From Syntrophales bacterium (lineage in GTDB: Bacteria; Desulfobacterota; Syntrophia; Syntrophales; UBA2210), in assembly GCA_963662405.2 (NCBI GenBank), contig CAXXKT010000001.1, forward strand, positions 1,504,001 through 1,568,000: DNA of 64,000 nt. Reading direction: 5' to 3'. Position 1 is the stretch's first letter. The number at the start of each line of letters is the position of its first letter. The notes below the pieces were generated by a model. The model worked only from the letters and a program-made list of their open reading frames with translations. It did no database searches and was not told the origin of the DNA. Below, piece after piece: positions 37,340-48,543 of this stretch. The position numbers and the translations under genes were made by a program.

Positions 37340-38809
37340 ATGATCGGTATCACGTCGTACGGCGCCTATATCCCCTGGTACCGGATGAACCGCTCAGTCA
37401 TATTTGAGCAGTTGGGGTGGTTCAACCCGGCCCATGCCTCCGTGGCACGGGGTGAAAAGGCGGTTGCCAATTATGATGAAGACAGCATAACCATGGCCGT
37501 CTCGGCGGCCTTGGATTGCCTGGGAACACAAACTCGGGACCGTATCGGTGGCCTGTACCTGGCATCGACATCACTCCCCTTCGCTGAGAGGCAAAACGCC
37601 GTGATTGTCTCTCAGGGGCTTGACCTTTCATCAGGGATCAGGACCGCCGATTTCGGCGGTTCCACAAAGACGGGAACCAGTGCCCTTCTCGCTGCACTTG
37701 ACCGGGCAGGAAAGGAGAAGACCTTAGTCTGTGCGAGTGAAAACCGGCTTGCAAAACCCGGAAGTGTGCAGGAGCACACCTACGGTGACGGCGCTGCGGC
37801 CTTTCTGACGGGGAATGACGATGTCCTGGCAGAGTTCAAGGGGTCCTTTTCCCTCTCCACGGATTTCATTGATTTTCGCCGTACTCAGGGTGAGGAATTT
37901 TCCCACGGATGGGAGGAGAGATGGATCCGCGATGAGGGGTACTCGCGGATTATACCACAGGCGGTGACAGGGCTTCTGGATCGTTATGGTTTAAAGATGT
38001 CTGATTTCGCGAAGGTTATCCTGGCTTGTCCCGTCGCGGGAGCTCTCAAGGGACTGCTTAGGTCTATCGGCGCCGTACCCGAACAAGTGCAGGATGCCAT
38101 GGTCGCGCAGGTGGGGGACACCGGGTCGGCCCTTTCTTTGATGATGCTCGTTGCCGCCTTGGAAGAGGCACGGGCGGGGGATAAAATCCTCGTTGCCAGC
38201 TATGGAAGCGGGAGCGACGCCCTCTGGTTCGAGGTGAAGGACACGATAGAAACGTTCCACCGGACAGGAAGAAAAGGGATTCAAGGTCATCTTGCTCAGA
38301 GAAACGACCTGTCCCCTTACGGCAAATATCTGGTTTTCAGAAATCTTATTCCCCTCGAGGTGGGGATTAGGGGGGAAGAGATCACACCAACGGCAATGAC
38401 CGTTCTCGGGAGGGATGGGAACGCCATCTCCGCCCTCGTGGGCTCACGATGCAGGGCCTGCGGAACGCCTCAGTATCCGAAACAGCGTATCTGTGTGAAC
38501 CCGGACTGCGGTGCCGTGGATGATATGGAGGAGTATCGCTTTTCCGACAAGGTAGGGACCCTTACCGCCTATACCGGGGATAACCTGGCCTTCAGCTGGG
38601 ATCCTCCCCAGATATACGGTCTTGTCGATTTCGAGGGGGGGGGGAGAATCCTCCTCGACCTGACCGACTGTTCGCTCGATTCCGTCAAGGTCAATATGCC
38701 GGTTGCCATGAGTTTCCGCAGGAAGTACGCCGATCCCCAAAGAGGATACTCCGGTTATTTCTGGAAGGCGGTTCCCGGCAAACAGGATTTGTCATCCACC
38801 AACCGGTAA
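37340..38809 (+). CDS. HMG-CoA synthase-like domain fused to a DUF35 Zn-ribbon/OB-fold
   Basis: GITSYGAYIP, DEDSITMA, GDGAAA, SYGSG; C-terminal CRACG...CVNPDC and OB fold. Confidence 0.85.
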   Translation: MIGITSYGAYIPWYRMNRSVIFEQLGWFNPAHASVARGEKAVANYDEDSITMAVSAALDCLGTQTRDRIGGLYLASTSLPFAERQNAVIVSQGLDLSSGIRTADFGGSTKTGTSALLAALDRAGKEKTLVCASENRLAKPGSVQEHTYGDGAAAFLTGNDDVLAEFKGSFSLSTDFIDFRRTQGEEFSHGWEERWIRDEGYSRIIPQAVTGLLDRYGLKMSDFAKVILACPVAGALKGLLRSIGAVPEQVQDAMVAQVGDTGSALSLMMLVAALEEARAGDKILVASYGSGSDALWFEVKDTIETFHRTGRKGIQGHLAQRNDLSPYGKYLVFRNLIPLEVGIRGEEITPTAMTVLGRDGNAISALVGSRCRACGTPQYPKQRICVNPDCGAVDDMEEYRFSDKVGTLTAYTGDNLAFSWDPPQIYGLVDFEGGGRILLDLTDCSLDSVKVNMPVAMSFRRKYADPQRGYSGYFWKAVPGKQDLSSTNR

Positions 38810-38824
38810 AAAAGGAGGAATAAA

Positions 38825-40027
38825 ATGGCACGAGGAATAAAAAATGAGGTGGCCATAATCGGTATGGGGTGTACCACCTTCGGCGAGCTGTGGGACAAGG
38901 GCGCGTCCGATCTGATGGTCGATGCCTTTCAGGAGGCTCTCGCGGACGCCGGGATAGAGAAGAAAGACATCGATGCGGCGTGGTTCGGCACCTGCTTCGA
39001 TGAAGTCAATGTGGGGAAAAGCGCCCTGTCCCTGACCAAGACGCTGAAACTCCCCTTTATACCGGCGACCAGGGTGGAAAATTTCTGCGCCAGCGGGACG
39101 GAATCCTTCCGGGGTGCCTGTTACGCCGTCGCTTCCGGGGCATGCGATATCGCTTTGGCCCTGGGGGTCGAGAAACTGAAAGACACCGGATACGGTGGTC
39201 TTCCCGATTTCGGCAACCTGCTGGGATCGCAGAACAGGGCTATCTTTGCCAACCTCACGGCCCCCGGCGGTTTCGCCATGCTGGCAACGGCCTATTTCAA
39301 CAAATACGGTTTTTCCCCCGAGGAGGGTAAACGGGCCCTGGCACACATATCATCCAAGAGCCACCACAACGGGACCCTGAGCCCCAAGGCGCACCTGAAG
39401 AACGAGGTATCCGTCGAAAAGATCATGAACGCCCCGATCATCGCCTGGCCGTTGGGGCTCTTCGACTGCTGCGGCGTGAGCGACGGGGCCGCGTGTGCCA
39501 TCGTCTGCCGCGCAAATAAGGCCAAAAACTTCAGGAAAGATCCCGTCTATGTCAAGGGCCTGCAGATATCCGTCACCTCGGGGGAAGAGATGGCGCACCA
39601 GAAATGGGACGGCACCCACGTCATCCCAACCTATCGGGCCGGATGCGCGGCCTTCAGGGAGGCGGGTATTACCAATCCCCGCGATGAGGTCAGTATGATG
39701 GAAGTCCATGACTGCTTCTCCATCACGGAGCTTTCCACGTATGAGGATCTCCAGATATCTCCCCGGGGGAAGGCCGTCTTGGATATCGAAGCGGGCTTTT
39801 TCGATCTCGATGGGAAGGTCCCCTGCCAGACCGACGGTGGGCTGAAGTGCTTCGGCCATCCCATCGGAGCCTCGGGGATCAGGATGATCTACGAGGAATA
39901 CAAGCAGCTCCAGGGGAAGGCAGATGCACGCCAGATCGAAAACCCCCGGATAGGATTGACCCATAATCTGGGAGGGTTCCCTTGTATGAGCGTTGTCAGC
40001 GTGGCGCTCTTCGGCAATACCCTGTGA
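38825..40027 (+). CDS. Thiolase (SCP2/archaeal-type acetyl-CoA acetyltransferase)
   Basis: [26 protein letters not shown]. Confidence 0.92.
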   Translation: MARGIKNEVAIIGMGCTTFGELWDKGASDLMVDAFQEALADAGIEKKDIDAAWFGTCFDEVNVGKSALSLTKTLKLPFIPATRVENFCASGTESFRGACYAVASGACDIALALGVEKLKDTGYGGLPDFGNLLGSQNRAIFANLTAPGGFAMLATAYFNKYGFSPEEGKRALAHISSKSHHNGTLSPKAHLKNEVSVEKIMNAPIIAWPLGLFDCCGVSDGAACAIVCRANKAKNFRKDPVYVKGLQISVTSGEEMAHQKWDGTHVIPTYRAGCAAFREAGITNPRDEVSMMEVHDCFSITELSTYEDLQISPRGKAVLDIEAGFFDLDGKVPCQTDGGLKCFGHPIGASGIRMIYEEYKQLQGKADARQIENPRIGLTHNLGGFPCMSVVSVALFGNTL

Positions 40028-40097
40028 CGGTATTGTGGGGGAGCCGATGCCTGATAGAGGAGAGAGGGATCCGTCAATGAAAGTAAAGGAGGAAGCA

Positions 40098-40955
40098 ATG
40101 GAAATCAAGAAAGTATGTGTTTTGGGAGCGGGGCTGATGGGGAGCGGTATCGCCCAGGTCTGCGCACAGGCGGGATATGCCGTTGCCATGCGCGACATTG
40201 AGCAGCGCTTTATCGACGGGGGGATGGACTCGATTCAAAAGAACCTCGCTCGGGTCGTCTCGAAAGGGAAAATGGAACCGGAAGAGATGGATGCCGCCCT
40301 TGAAAGAATCATTCCTACCCTGGATATACAAGAGGCCGCCCGTGACGCAGACATCGTCGTTGAGGTGATCGTCGAGGTGATGGATATCAAAAAGCAGGTG
40401 TACACCGAGCTGGAAGAAATCGTGCCGGAACGGTGCCTCTTTTTCACCAACACATCAGGCCTGAGCATCACCGAGATGGCGGCCATCACGCAGAGACCGG
40501 ACAAGTTCATCGGCACTCATTTCTTCAATCCCGTCCCGGTCATGCGTCTCTTGGAGATCATCAAGGGGCAGGAAACCTCCGCGGAGACTCTGGCGGTGGC
40601 GAAGGAATGGGGGAAAAAGATCGGCAAGGAGATCATCGTCGTCAACGAGGCGCCTGCCTTTGCCGTCAATCGGATCCTGTGCACCATGCTCAACGAGGCC
40701 TTCTTCGCCCTGGGAGAGGGGGTGGCCAGCGCGGAGGACATCGATACGGGGATGGTCCTGGGATGCAACCACCCCATCGGCCCTTTGGCCCTTGCCGATC
40801 TCGTCGGCCTGGAGACCCTCCTCCATGTGATAGAGGGACTCCACGAGGAACTGGGCGACAAATACCGACCCGCCCCCTTGCTTAAGAAGCTGGTTCGGGC
40901 AAAGCGGTACGGCAGGAAAACGGGGAAAGGGGTATACGATTATGGTGAGGGGTAA
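40098..40955 (+). CDS. hbd: 3-hydroxybutyryl/3-hydroxyacyl-CoA dehydrogenase
   Basis: [28 protein letters not shown]. Confidence 0.85.
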   Translation: MEIKKVCVLGAGLMGSGIAQVCAQAGYAVAMRDIEQRFIDGGMDSIQKNLARVVSKGKMEPEEMDAALERIIPTLDIQEAARDADIVVEVIVEVMDIKKQVYTELEEIVPERCLFFTNTSGLSITEMAAITQRPDKFIGTHFFNPVPVMRLLEIIKGQETSAETLAVAKEWGKKIGKEIIVVNEAPAFAVNRILCTMLNEAFFALGEGVASAEDIDTGMVLGCNHPIGPLALADLVGLETLLHVIEGLHEELGDKYRPAPLLKKLVRAKRYGRKTGKGVYDYGEG

Positions 40956-41117
40956 GGATACGTTACCTTGTCAACCGGTGAGGAATATTGCTTAAAGCGA
41001 TTCTTTAATTTCATACTAAAGTGGTATTTACAAACCGTACGTATCCAAGGATACTGCAAACGTGCTGGGGATTCTTGTGCCACGTGTGCGGATACATGAC
41101 GGGGATAGGGAGGGGAC

Positions 41118-42260
41118 ATGGATTTTGAACTATCGGAAGAGATGACGATGCTGCAGGACATGGCCTACCGCTTTGCCCAGGCGGAGATAGCCCCCGTCTC
41201 GGAGGAGTGTGACCGGGAAGAGAAGTATACCCCTGAGCTGCGGAAGAAGGCCGCCCGCCATGGCCTCGTGTGTTCATGGGTCCCGGAAGAGTATGGCGGT
41301 GCCGGGGTCGGAATATTGGGGAACTCCCTGGTTATGGAACAATTTTCCCGAATCGACACGGGGATCGGACTCAATATCGTGGCGGCAGGCTTCGGATGTG
41401 AGGCGGTCTACGCCTTCGGGACGGAAGAGCAGAAACAGCGATATCTCCCCCCCGTATGCAGCGGCCAGCAGGTGAGCGCCGGCGCTTTTACGGAACCGAA
41501 CGCGGGGACGGACGTGGCCGGATACGCAACGAGAGCGGTGCGAGACGGTGATGAGTACATCATCAACGGCAGCAAGATGTTTATCACCAACGGGACCGTC
41601 TGCGACTGGATGGTCTGCCAGTGTATCACCCATCCCGATGAAAAGACGCACAACCGGTTCAGCCAGATCATTGTGCCCGCCGACGCACCTGGTGTCACGC
41701 GAACCAAGATCCACGGTAAGATGGGAATCAGGGCTACCGATACGGCCGAGATCGCCCTCGAAGATGTTGGCGTTTCCCGGGAGAATCTGGTGGGGGAAGA
41801 GGGGAAAGGTTTCTACCAGCTGATGCATTTCTTTGACGTCACCAGGATCATGGTGGCCGCGCAGGCACTCGGTATGGCCCAGGGCTGCCTGGATGAGGCC
41901 GTCAGATACGCGCAGGAGCGCACCGCATTCGGCAAATCGATCGGGACCTTTCAGATGACCATGCAGAAGCTGACGGAGATGGCGATCAGGACGGAGGCCT
42001 TGAGGGGTCTTGTCTATAAGGCCGCATGGTCGGTGGATGCGGGGAAGCCCGATTTTCACCTGGGGGCGATGGCAAAATTCTACGGGGGACAGACCGCCGT
42101 ATTCTGCGCCAACGCCGCCGTTGAGATCCACGGAGGATACGGCTACATTGAAGAGTACCCGGTCCAGAAGTGGTATCGGGATGCCAAGATACTGGAACTG
42201 TATGAAGGGACGAAGGAAGCTGAAATATTGACTATCGGGAGGGTCCTGCAATCCCGATAG
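41118..42260 (+). CDS. Acyl-CoA dehydrogenase
   Basis: FTEPNAGTD, NGSKMFITNG, HGGYGY, YEGT. Confidence 0.93.
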   Translation: MDFELSEEMTMLQDMAYRFAQAEIAPVSEECDREEKYTPELRKKAARHGLVCSWVPEEYGGAGVGILGNSLVMEQFSRIDTGIGLNIVAAGFGCEAVYAFGTEEQKQRYLPPVCSGQQVSAGAFTEPNAGTDVAGYATRAVRDGDEYIINGSKMFITNGTVCDWMVCQCITHPDEKTHNRFSQIIVPADAPGVTRTKIHGKMGIRATDTAEIALEDVGVSRENLVGEEGKGFYQLMHFFDVTRIMVAAQALGMAQGCLDEAVRYAQERTAFGKSIGTFQMTMQKLTEMAIRTEALRGLVYKAAWSVDAGKPDFHLGAMAKFYGGQTAVFCANAAVEIHGGYGYIEEYPVQKWYRDAKILELYEGTKEAEILTIGRVLQSR

Positions 42261-42571
42261 ACTGAGGGCGGAGGAAGGCTCGTAAAAGAAGTTGTCCGGG
42301 AAAGAGGTCTTTGAGCACAATGCCCTTGTGTCCCTCAAAGAGAATTTTATATAACGACCAAAGATATTGCAGGATGGTGGATCCGTTGCCGTCGGCTTTC
42401 CGGCTGATCGAGATGGATAAAAAAAGATCATTTACACGGAAGCACGAATAAAAACAGGTGAAAAAAGTTGATTGGCCGGCATGGACCATCGTGTTCCTGC
42501 CAGGGTGAGTAAAACGGTGTTTATCGGTAATCGCGGTATTGTTCCGGTAGAAGGGGAAATGGGAAGATCAG

Positions 42572-44764
42572 ATGAACGATTGGGACAAAGAAGACGATTG
42601 TTTCCAAGACTCTTCTGATACGAGAATCGCACGAGGGGGTGTTGCGCAGGATCCCCGTGAGGAATCTCCCCACGGTACCCGGGGGGAGATTGGGGGGAAG
42701 TTTTTCCAACCGCCGCCCCTCTTCAAACATCGTGATCTCACGAAAATACCCAAGTCCGCGCCTCGAGTCACTCAGCGCACGCTGATCAATATCATCAATC
42801 ACCTCAATTTTATCGACGGATACCTATGGGTCCATGTGAAAGACCCTCGGTACGAAGAGGATACCTTCATACATGCCTATCCCGATCCCTGTATGGGAGA
42901 GGCATGTATCTGCCGATGGTCTCCGGAAAACGTCCCGGGGATTGAATATCACCGCTTCCTGAATCTCGTGATCGATGACGGTATATCCGTAACCGTCATA
43001 CCCATAAAACTGTTACGCATCGATGACGAAGGTTTTACGGTTCAGATGCCTGAGGAGGGATATGTCCTCGGGAAGCGTCAGACGAGGCGATACGCGGCTC
43101 AGGCGATAACCGCGGAAATCGACCAGAGCGGTTTTCTGGCTCGGGGTGATCTCCTGGACTTCAGCCCCCTCGCTTTTCGTGTGAGGGTCGCCCCCTGTTG
43201 TGGGGGGACCTTTCATTGGCTCAACTCTGATGAACCAGTCAATCTTACTCTTTATCAGGGGCAAAAAATCATTTTTTCATCTCCCTGCCGGCATATCGAC
43301 CAGACAAGCAACATGTCTGTAAAGGAGATCGTGCTTGTCCCGCGGATGAGCCATTTCCATCGTTTCAAGGGGAGAAAGATACGGAGTCCCCGCGTTCATC
43401 TGGCACCATCATCCAGTATCAGCTTCGTCCATCCCCTCTCCGGAGAAATGGTGCAACGTGATATCCATGACATCTCCGTTACCGGTTTTGCCGTGCAGGA
43501 GGTGGAAAACGAAAGTGTCCTTGTTCCGGGAATGATTATCCCTCGAGTCGATATCCACTGTGCGGGTTCAGCCGTTATTCATTGTACGGCACAGGTCGTG
43601 TATCGGCGAAAAGAGAAGTCCAACCTCTTCCGCTCCGGTCTCGCTATCCTCGACATGGATGTCAAATCGTACGGAAACGTAATCAACATTCTCGGGAATG
43701 TGGTAGATCCGAACATCCGGGTTTCCCAGGAAATCAACATGGATGCCCTGTGGAAATTTTTCTTCGAGACCGGTTTCCTCTATCCAAAAAAATATTCGCT
43801 CATCGAACCACAAAAAAATATTTTCAAGGAGACGTACCGTAAACTCTATCAGGATAATCCTGAGATTGCCGACCATATGGTCTATCAGAGAAACGGTCAG
43901 CTATACGGCCATGTCTCCATGATAAAGGCGTACGAACGGGCATGGATGGTTCACCACCTCGCGGCATATCCCGATCCGATAACCGGGAGGAATACGGGTA
44001 TCCCTCTTCTGAAACAGATCATACATTATTTCGAAGGATTCTACCGGCTTCCAGGTTATAAAATGGATCACTGGATCTGTTACTACCGCCCAGAAACAAA
44101 ATTCATGGACATGTTCTTCGGTGATTTCGCACGATATCTGAAAAACCCGCGGGCCTGTTCACTGGATACTTTTGCCTACAAGGGCTATCCCACCGGAACT
44201 TCCCCCGTGCCGCTCCCCGATCGGTGGCTGTTGAAGAAATTTTCACCCGCAGATCTGTTCGAACTCGAACGGTTCTACCGAAATCACGGCAACGGACTTC
44301 TTCTGGATGTCCTGCGTCTCGGGCGCGCCGATTCAGGTGACGATTCTTTGGAAGACCTCTATAGACGTCACGGTTTTACGAGAAAGTGGAAGGCCTATTC
44401 GCTCACACACAACTACGAACTGAAGGCTGTTCTGATTGTGAATCAGTCTGATCTCGGCCTGAATCTATCTGAGCTTCTCAACGGCATCAAGATTATAGTG
44501 ACCGACCCGACGGGATTGCCGTGGGAAATGTTGACCAACGCAATTACCCACCTGACGGGGATATATGAGGTTGAAAAAATACCCCTTCTCATATATCCTC
44601 ATACATATTTGGATAATAATCGCATATCATATGAGAAGCAGTACATAATGTTTTCCATGGATATGCAGTACGGTAAAGATTTTCTGGATTACCTGAAGGG
44701 GCGGGTGAAGACGAAGATGCGGTTTCTGATTAAGTTTCTCATCCGACGGTATTTGAAAAGATGA
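42572..44764 (+). CDS. Multi-PilZ domain protein with uncharacterised (possibly acyltransferase-like) C-terminal region
   Basis: RQTRR...DFS and RSPR...DISVTG PilZ motifs. Confidence 0.7.
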   Translation: MNDWDKEDDCFQDSSDTRIARGGVAQDPREESPHGTRGEIGGKFFQPPPLFKHRDLTKIPKSAPRVTQRTLINIINHLNFIDGYLWVHVKDPRYEEDTFIHAYPDPCMGEACICRWSPENVPGIEYHRFLNLVIDDGISVTVIPIKLLRIDDEGFTVQMPEEGYVLGKRQTRRYAAQAITAEIDQSGFLARGDLLDFSPLAFRVRVAPCCGGTFHWLNSDEPVNLTLYQGQKIIFSSPCRHIDQTSNMSVKEIVLVPRMSHFHRFKGRKIRSPRVHLAPSSSISFVHPLSGEMVQRDIHDISVTGFAVQEVENESVLVPGMIIPRVDIHCAGSAVIHCTAQVVYRRKEKSNLFRSGLAILDMDVKSYGNVINILGNVVDPNIRVSQEINMDALWKFFFETGFLYPKKYSLIEPQKNIFKETYRKLYQDNPEIADHMVYQRNGQLYGHVSMIKAYERAWMVHHLAAYPDPITGRNTGIPLLKQIIHYFEGFYRLPGYKMDHWICYYRPETKFMDMFFGDFARYLKNPRACSLDTFAYKGYPTGTSPVPLPDRWLLKKFSPADLFELERFYRNHGNGLLLDVLRLGRADSGDDSLEDLYRRHGFTRKWKAYSLTHNYELKAVLIVNQSDLGLNLSELLNGIKIIVTDPTGLPWEMLTNAITHLTGIYEVEKIPLLIYPHTYLDNNRISYEKQYIMFSMDMQYGKDFLDYLKGRVKTKMRFLIKFLIRRYLKR

Positions 44765-47052
44765 GCGATATTCCGCTTTATAACATACGAATCGCGAAAA
44801 CCTATGTAGAGTATATCAACAAACACTATCCCGAAATCGACATAGCCCCCATACTGGAATACGCGGGGATTACCACGTATCAGATGGAGGATGACGGTTC
44901 CTGGCTCACGCAGGATCAGACAGACCGATTCAACGAAATCGTCATCGATAAGACCGGCAATCCCAATATCGCGCGAGAGGCGGGGCGCTACGCCATTGTT
45001 TCCAAGGCGGGGCTACCGGTGCAGCAGTATGCCCTCGGGTTCATCGCACCCGCAACCGCCTATGCGGTTATCGAACGATTGTACAACCAGGTAAGCCGGG
45101 CCATTACCGCAACCACAAAACGCCTCGGCGCCAACAAGATCGAGGTAACGGTCACACCGAAAGGCGATGTCGTAGAAAAACCATACCAGTGTGAAAACCG
45201 GATGGGGACATTCGAAGGGGTGGCCAAGATGTTTACGAATCAATTTGCCGAGATTGACCACCCGACCTGTATCCACAGAGGCGACAACGCCTGCACATAC
45301 ATTATCGCCTGGAAACAGACCCGCTCCATGATATGGAAACGCATCCGTAATTACTCGACCGTTCTCAGCATCATTGGATGCTTCAGCGCCTTCTTCCTGG
45401 TTTCTCACTTCCACTGGCTATTGATTACAGGGTTGTGTGCCCTGGCCACCACGGGTATTTACGCCTACTCGGAATATCTCGAGAAGGAAGAGGTCAGCTC
45501 CAAGCTCCGGAGTGACAGCGAGACGGCCAGCGATCTCCTGGAACAGATCAATGCCCGGTACAACAATGCCCTCCTGATTCAAGAAATCGGTCAGGGGACG
45601 GCCAGCATACTGAATACGGATGATCTCCTTGCCTATGTTATGGAGATACTCCAGAAGCGCCTCGATTTCGACCGGGGGACCATCATGCTCGCCGACGAGG
45701 AAAGACACCACCTGGTATATGCGAATGGTTATGGATACAACCCTGAGTTGGAAGATTTTGTAAAAAAAACGAAGTTTCATCTTGATAAGGAAAGCTCTCT
45801 CGGGCCGCTGGTCGTGGCTTTCAAGGAACAAAGGCCCTTCCTGATAGAAAACATCGATAAGATTCAAGCGGATGTGACGCCGAAATCCAGGGAATTCATG
45901 AAACTGTTGGGGATCAAGTCCTTTGTCTGTGTGCCGATCATATACGAGGGGCGATCGGAGGGGGTGCTGGCGGTCGAAAATCTGCAATCAAAGAAACCAT
46001 TCAGCCAGAGCTACATCAACCTCCTTATGGGTATTGCGCCTGAAATCGGCATCAGTATGAACAATGCCAAGGCATACCAAAAGATTCGGCAGAGCGAACA
46101 GCAGTTCCGCGCACTAGGAGAAAATGCTCCTGATATCATTTACACTTTGGATGCGGATGGGGCATTCAGTTATATCAACCCCGCCTGGGAAATCATTTTG
46201 GGGTACAAAAAGGAAGAGGTCATTGGACGGTATTTTATCGATTTTATCAAGAGAGAAGATGTGGGACGCTTTTCCCGGTATCTGGATCAGGTAAAAAACA
46301 ATAAGGAAACCTTCATGGGTGTTACGGGCGCGATGCTGACCAAGGATGGCGGTGAGCGTCTTTTCAATATCAGTTGCTCGCCGAATCTCGGCACGAATGG
46401 CGAAGTGATCGGGGCGATAGGCACCATAAAGGATATTACCGATCTTGAGAAGCACGTTGAAATGCTTGAGACCGCCCTGCAGAGTACCATTGATGCCATG
46501 GCGGTCATCGTCGAATCAAAAGATCCATACACATCCGGCCATCAGAGGAGGGTCATGGACATTGCCGTTGCTATTGCCGAAGAGATGCATCTTCCCGAGG
46601 ACAAGATCAACGGTATCCGTATGGCCGCCATGATACACGATATCGGCAAGATAAACGTCCCGGCGGAGATCCTCAATAAACCGGGTAAGCTGTCCGATAT
46701 TGAATTCAAGATAATCAAGACCCACCCCGAGGCAGGGTACCATATCCTGAAAAATATCGAGTTTATGTACCCCGTCGCCCAGATTATACACCAGCACCAT
46801 GAAAAAATGAACGGTTCAGGATATCCACGAGGTCTGTCCGGCAATGCCATATTGATAGAAGCACGGGTCATCACCGTCGCAGATGTCGTTGAGGCCATGG
46901 CGACAGACAGGCCATACCGACCATCACTGGGTATGGCCGAAACCTTGAAGGAGATAGAGGCCGGTGCCGGGACCCTGTATGATCAGGATGTGGTGGACGC
47001 CTGCCTGACACTTTTTGAACAGAAAGGGTTTCAGCTTGAGCAGGCGGTATGA
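44761..47052 (+). CDS. HD-GYP phosphodiesterase with HNOB/V4R-like sensor, 2 TM, GAF and PAS
   Basis: QCE.R.G...HPTCIHRGDNACTY; ENAPDIIYTLD PAS; HDIGK, HHEKMNGSGYP. Confidence 0.88.
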   Translation: MSDIPLYNIRIAKTYVEYINKHYPEIDIAPILEYAGITTYQMEDDGSWLTQDQTDRFNEIVIDKTGNPNIAREAGRYAIVSKAGLPVQQYALGFIAPATAYAVIERLYNQVSRAITATTKRLGANKIEVTVTPKGDVVEKPYQCENRMGTFEGVAKMFTNQFAEIDHPTCIHRGDNACTYIIAWKQTRSMIWKRIRNYSTVLSIIGCFSAFFLVSHFHWLLITGLCALATTGIYAYSEYLEKEEVSSKLRSDSETASDLLEQINARYNNALLIQEIGQGTASILNTDDLLAYVMEILQKRLDFDRGTIMLADEERHHLVYANGYGYNPELEDFVKKTKFHLDKESSLGPLVVAFKEQRPFLIENIDKIQADVTPKSREFMKLLGIKSFVCVPIIYEGRSEGVLAVENLQSKKPFSQSYINLLMGIAPEIGISMNNAKAYQKIRQSEQQFRALGENAPDIIYTLDADGAFSYINPAWEIILGYKKEEVIGRYFIDFIKREDVGRFSRYLDQVKNNKETFMGVTGAMLTKDGGERLFNISCSPNLGTNGEVIGAIGTIKDITDLEKHVEMLETALQSTIDAMAVIVESKDPYTSGHQRRVMDIAVAIAEEMHLPEDKINGIRMAAMIHDIGKINVPAEILNKPGKLSDIEFKIIKTHPEAGYHILKNIEFMYPVAQIIHQHHEKMNGSGYPRGLSGNAILIEARVITVADVVEAMATDRPYRPSLGMAETLKEIEAGAGTLYDQDVVDACLTLFEQKGFQLEQAV

Positions 47053-47164
47053 TGAAACAAAAGGGCTCTGAACCGAGCCTCTTTTCCCAACCGCTGTCTT
47101 TCTCTACCTTCCGTGATACGCGCTCCTTTATCGCACGGCACAAGCTATATGGACCCGAAAAACA

Positions 47165-48295
47165 CTAGAGGTTCAATGAATAAATCGCACTGAGACAATG
47201 ATTGTCTATATTGATATCGGCATGTGCTGCCTCTAAAGAGTCCTGATGGACAATGTCCTTTACGGAATTTGCTTCATTCCGTACATCTTTAAACAACAAG
47301 GAAGAGAACCCTTCAAAGTTGATGATATTAGGGACAACTAACGCAAAATTTTGACCTGCCCTGTTGAGAATATCCGTTTCCCCCACATGTGTTCCCAACT
47401 GGAAGCGAATCCCTGCTGAGAGGGCAAAGTCGGCGATTCGTTTTGACTTGAGAAGACCCCCGCATTTCGAAATCTTAATATTCAGCAGATCACACGCGCC
47501 CGAATCGATTAACAGTGCTGCATCGGATAATGTGCACATCGATTCGTCAACCATGACCGGTATCCCGGTCATCTTCCTGACATTCTTCAGTCCTTCCAGG
47601 TCATCACTGCGCACAGGCTGTTCTACCGCCGTAATATTGAATGCTTTCAGTTCATTCAGGTTGTCAATGGCCTGTCGATAGGTCCATTTGCCATTCGCTT
47701 CGATACTCATGTCCATGTCCAAACCGAATATGGATCTGATCAATTTCAGTCTTTCCACATTGTTGGCCACCGATTCTTCCATCAAGACCTTTACCGAGCT
47801 GAATGTGGCGCCCGTCAGAGATGCGGCCATCTCACGTATCGTATCGATGGGGAGAAGAGGTATGGGGATGGTATACGGTATGGTATCTCTTGCGACGGGA
47901 CCTAATAAACTGCTCAGAGGGGTTGCCAGACTTTTACTGAGGCCATCCAACAGGGCGATATCGACAGCACCTAAGGCGGAAAGATAGGCGGAGACATTAT
48001 CTTTACGGCATTTGTTTTCTAAGGTGTCCAGTATATTTTCAATATCGCTGACGGAGGCTATTTGTTCCCCCAAGAGAAGCGAGGAAAAACGGTCACGTAT
48101 TACACTTGCAACGGACTCGGGCGTTTCTCCGGTGACATATTGTCTCGGTGCGCTTTCACCGTACCCGGAAATACCGTTTTCAAAGGTGATGTGAATAATG
48201 ATCGATTCCGCCTGGATCCTGAAAATATGAGGCGAATGATAATTATTCTTAAAAGGGGTGTTACAGTGGGAAACATCTATTCTGATTATTCTCAT
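47165..48295 (-). CDS. Enolase superfamily (dipeptide epimerase/MLE-like) protein
   Basis: GYGESAPRQYVTGET, EANG, EQP, DES, NIKISKCGG. Confidence 0.85.
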   Translation of the reverse strand: MRIIRIDVSHCNTPFKNNYHSPHIFRIQAESIIIHITFENGISGYGESAPRQYVTGETPESVASVIRDRFSSLLLGEQIASVSDIENILDTLENKCRKDNVSAYLSALGAVDIALLDGLSKSLATPLSSLLGPVARDTIPYTIPIPLLPIDTIREMAASLTGATFSSVKVLMEESVANNVERLKLIRSIFGLDMDMSIEANGKWTYRQAIDNLNELKAFNITAVEQPVRSDDLEGLKNVRKMTGIPVMVDESMCTLSDAALLIDSGACDLLNIKISKCGGLLKSKRIADFALSAGIRFQLGTHVGETDILNRAGQNFALVVPNIINFEGFSSLLFKDVRNEANSVKDIVHQDSLEAAHADINIDNHCLSAIYSLNL

Positions 48296-48543
48296 ATATT
48301 GTTGGTTCCTCTCGCCTGACTCAGTTGCCCTGTTCAAAGATATCTATAATATGCGCTCCAATCATAACGCCGTTCGCTACCGTCTCGTGTGACGATCCCC
48401 ACTGTTATATGTACCAAAAATCCTTGAGGAGGAACGGTCTATTGTGACCATGGTTCCCCCGTTGTGGGGGATGAGAAAAACCGTACCCGGTCTCGCCGTC
48501 AGGAGATCGCTCTCCCCCTCACCCCATCGGCAGTATTCGGTCT

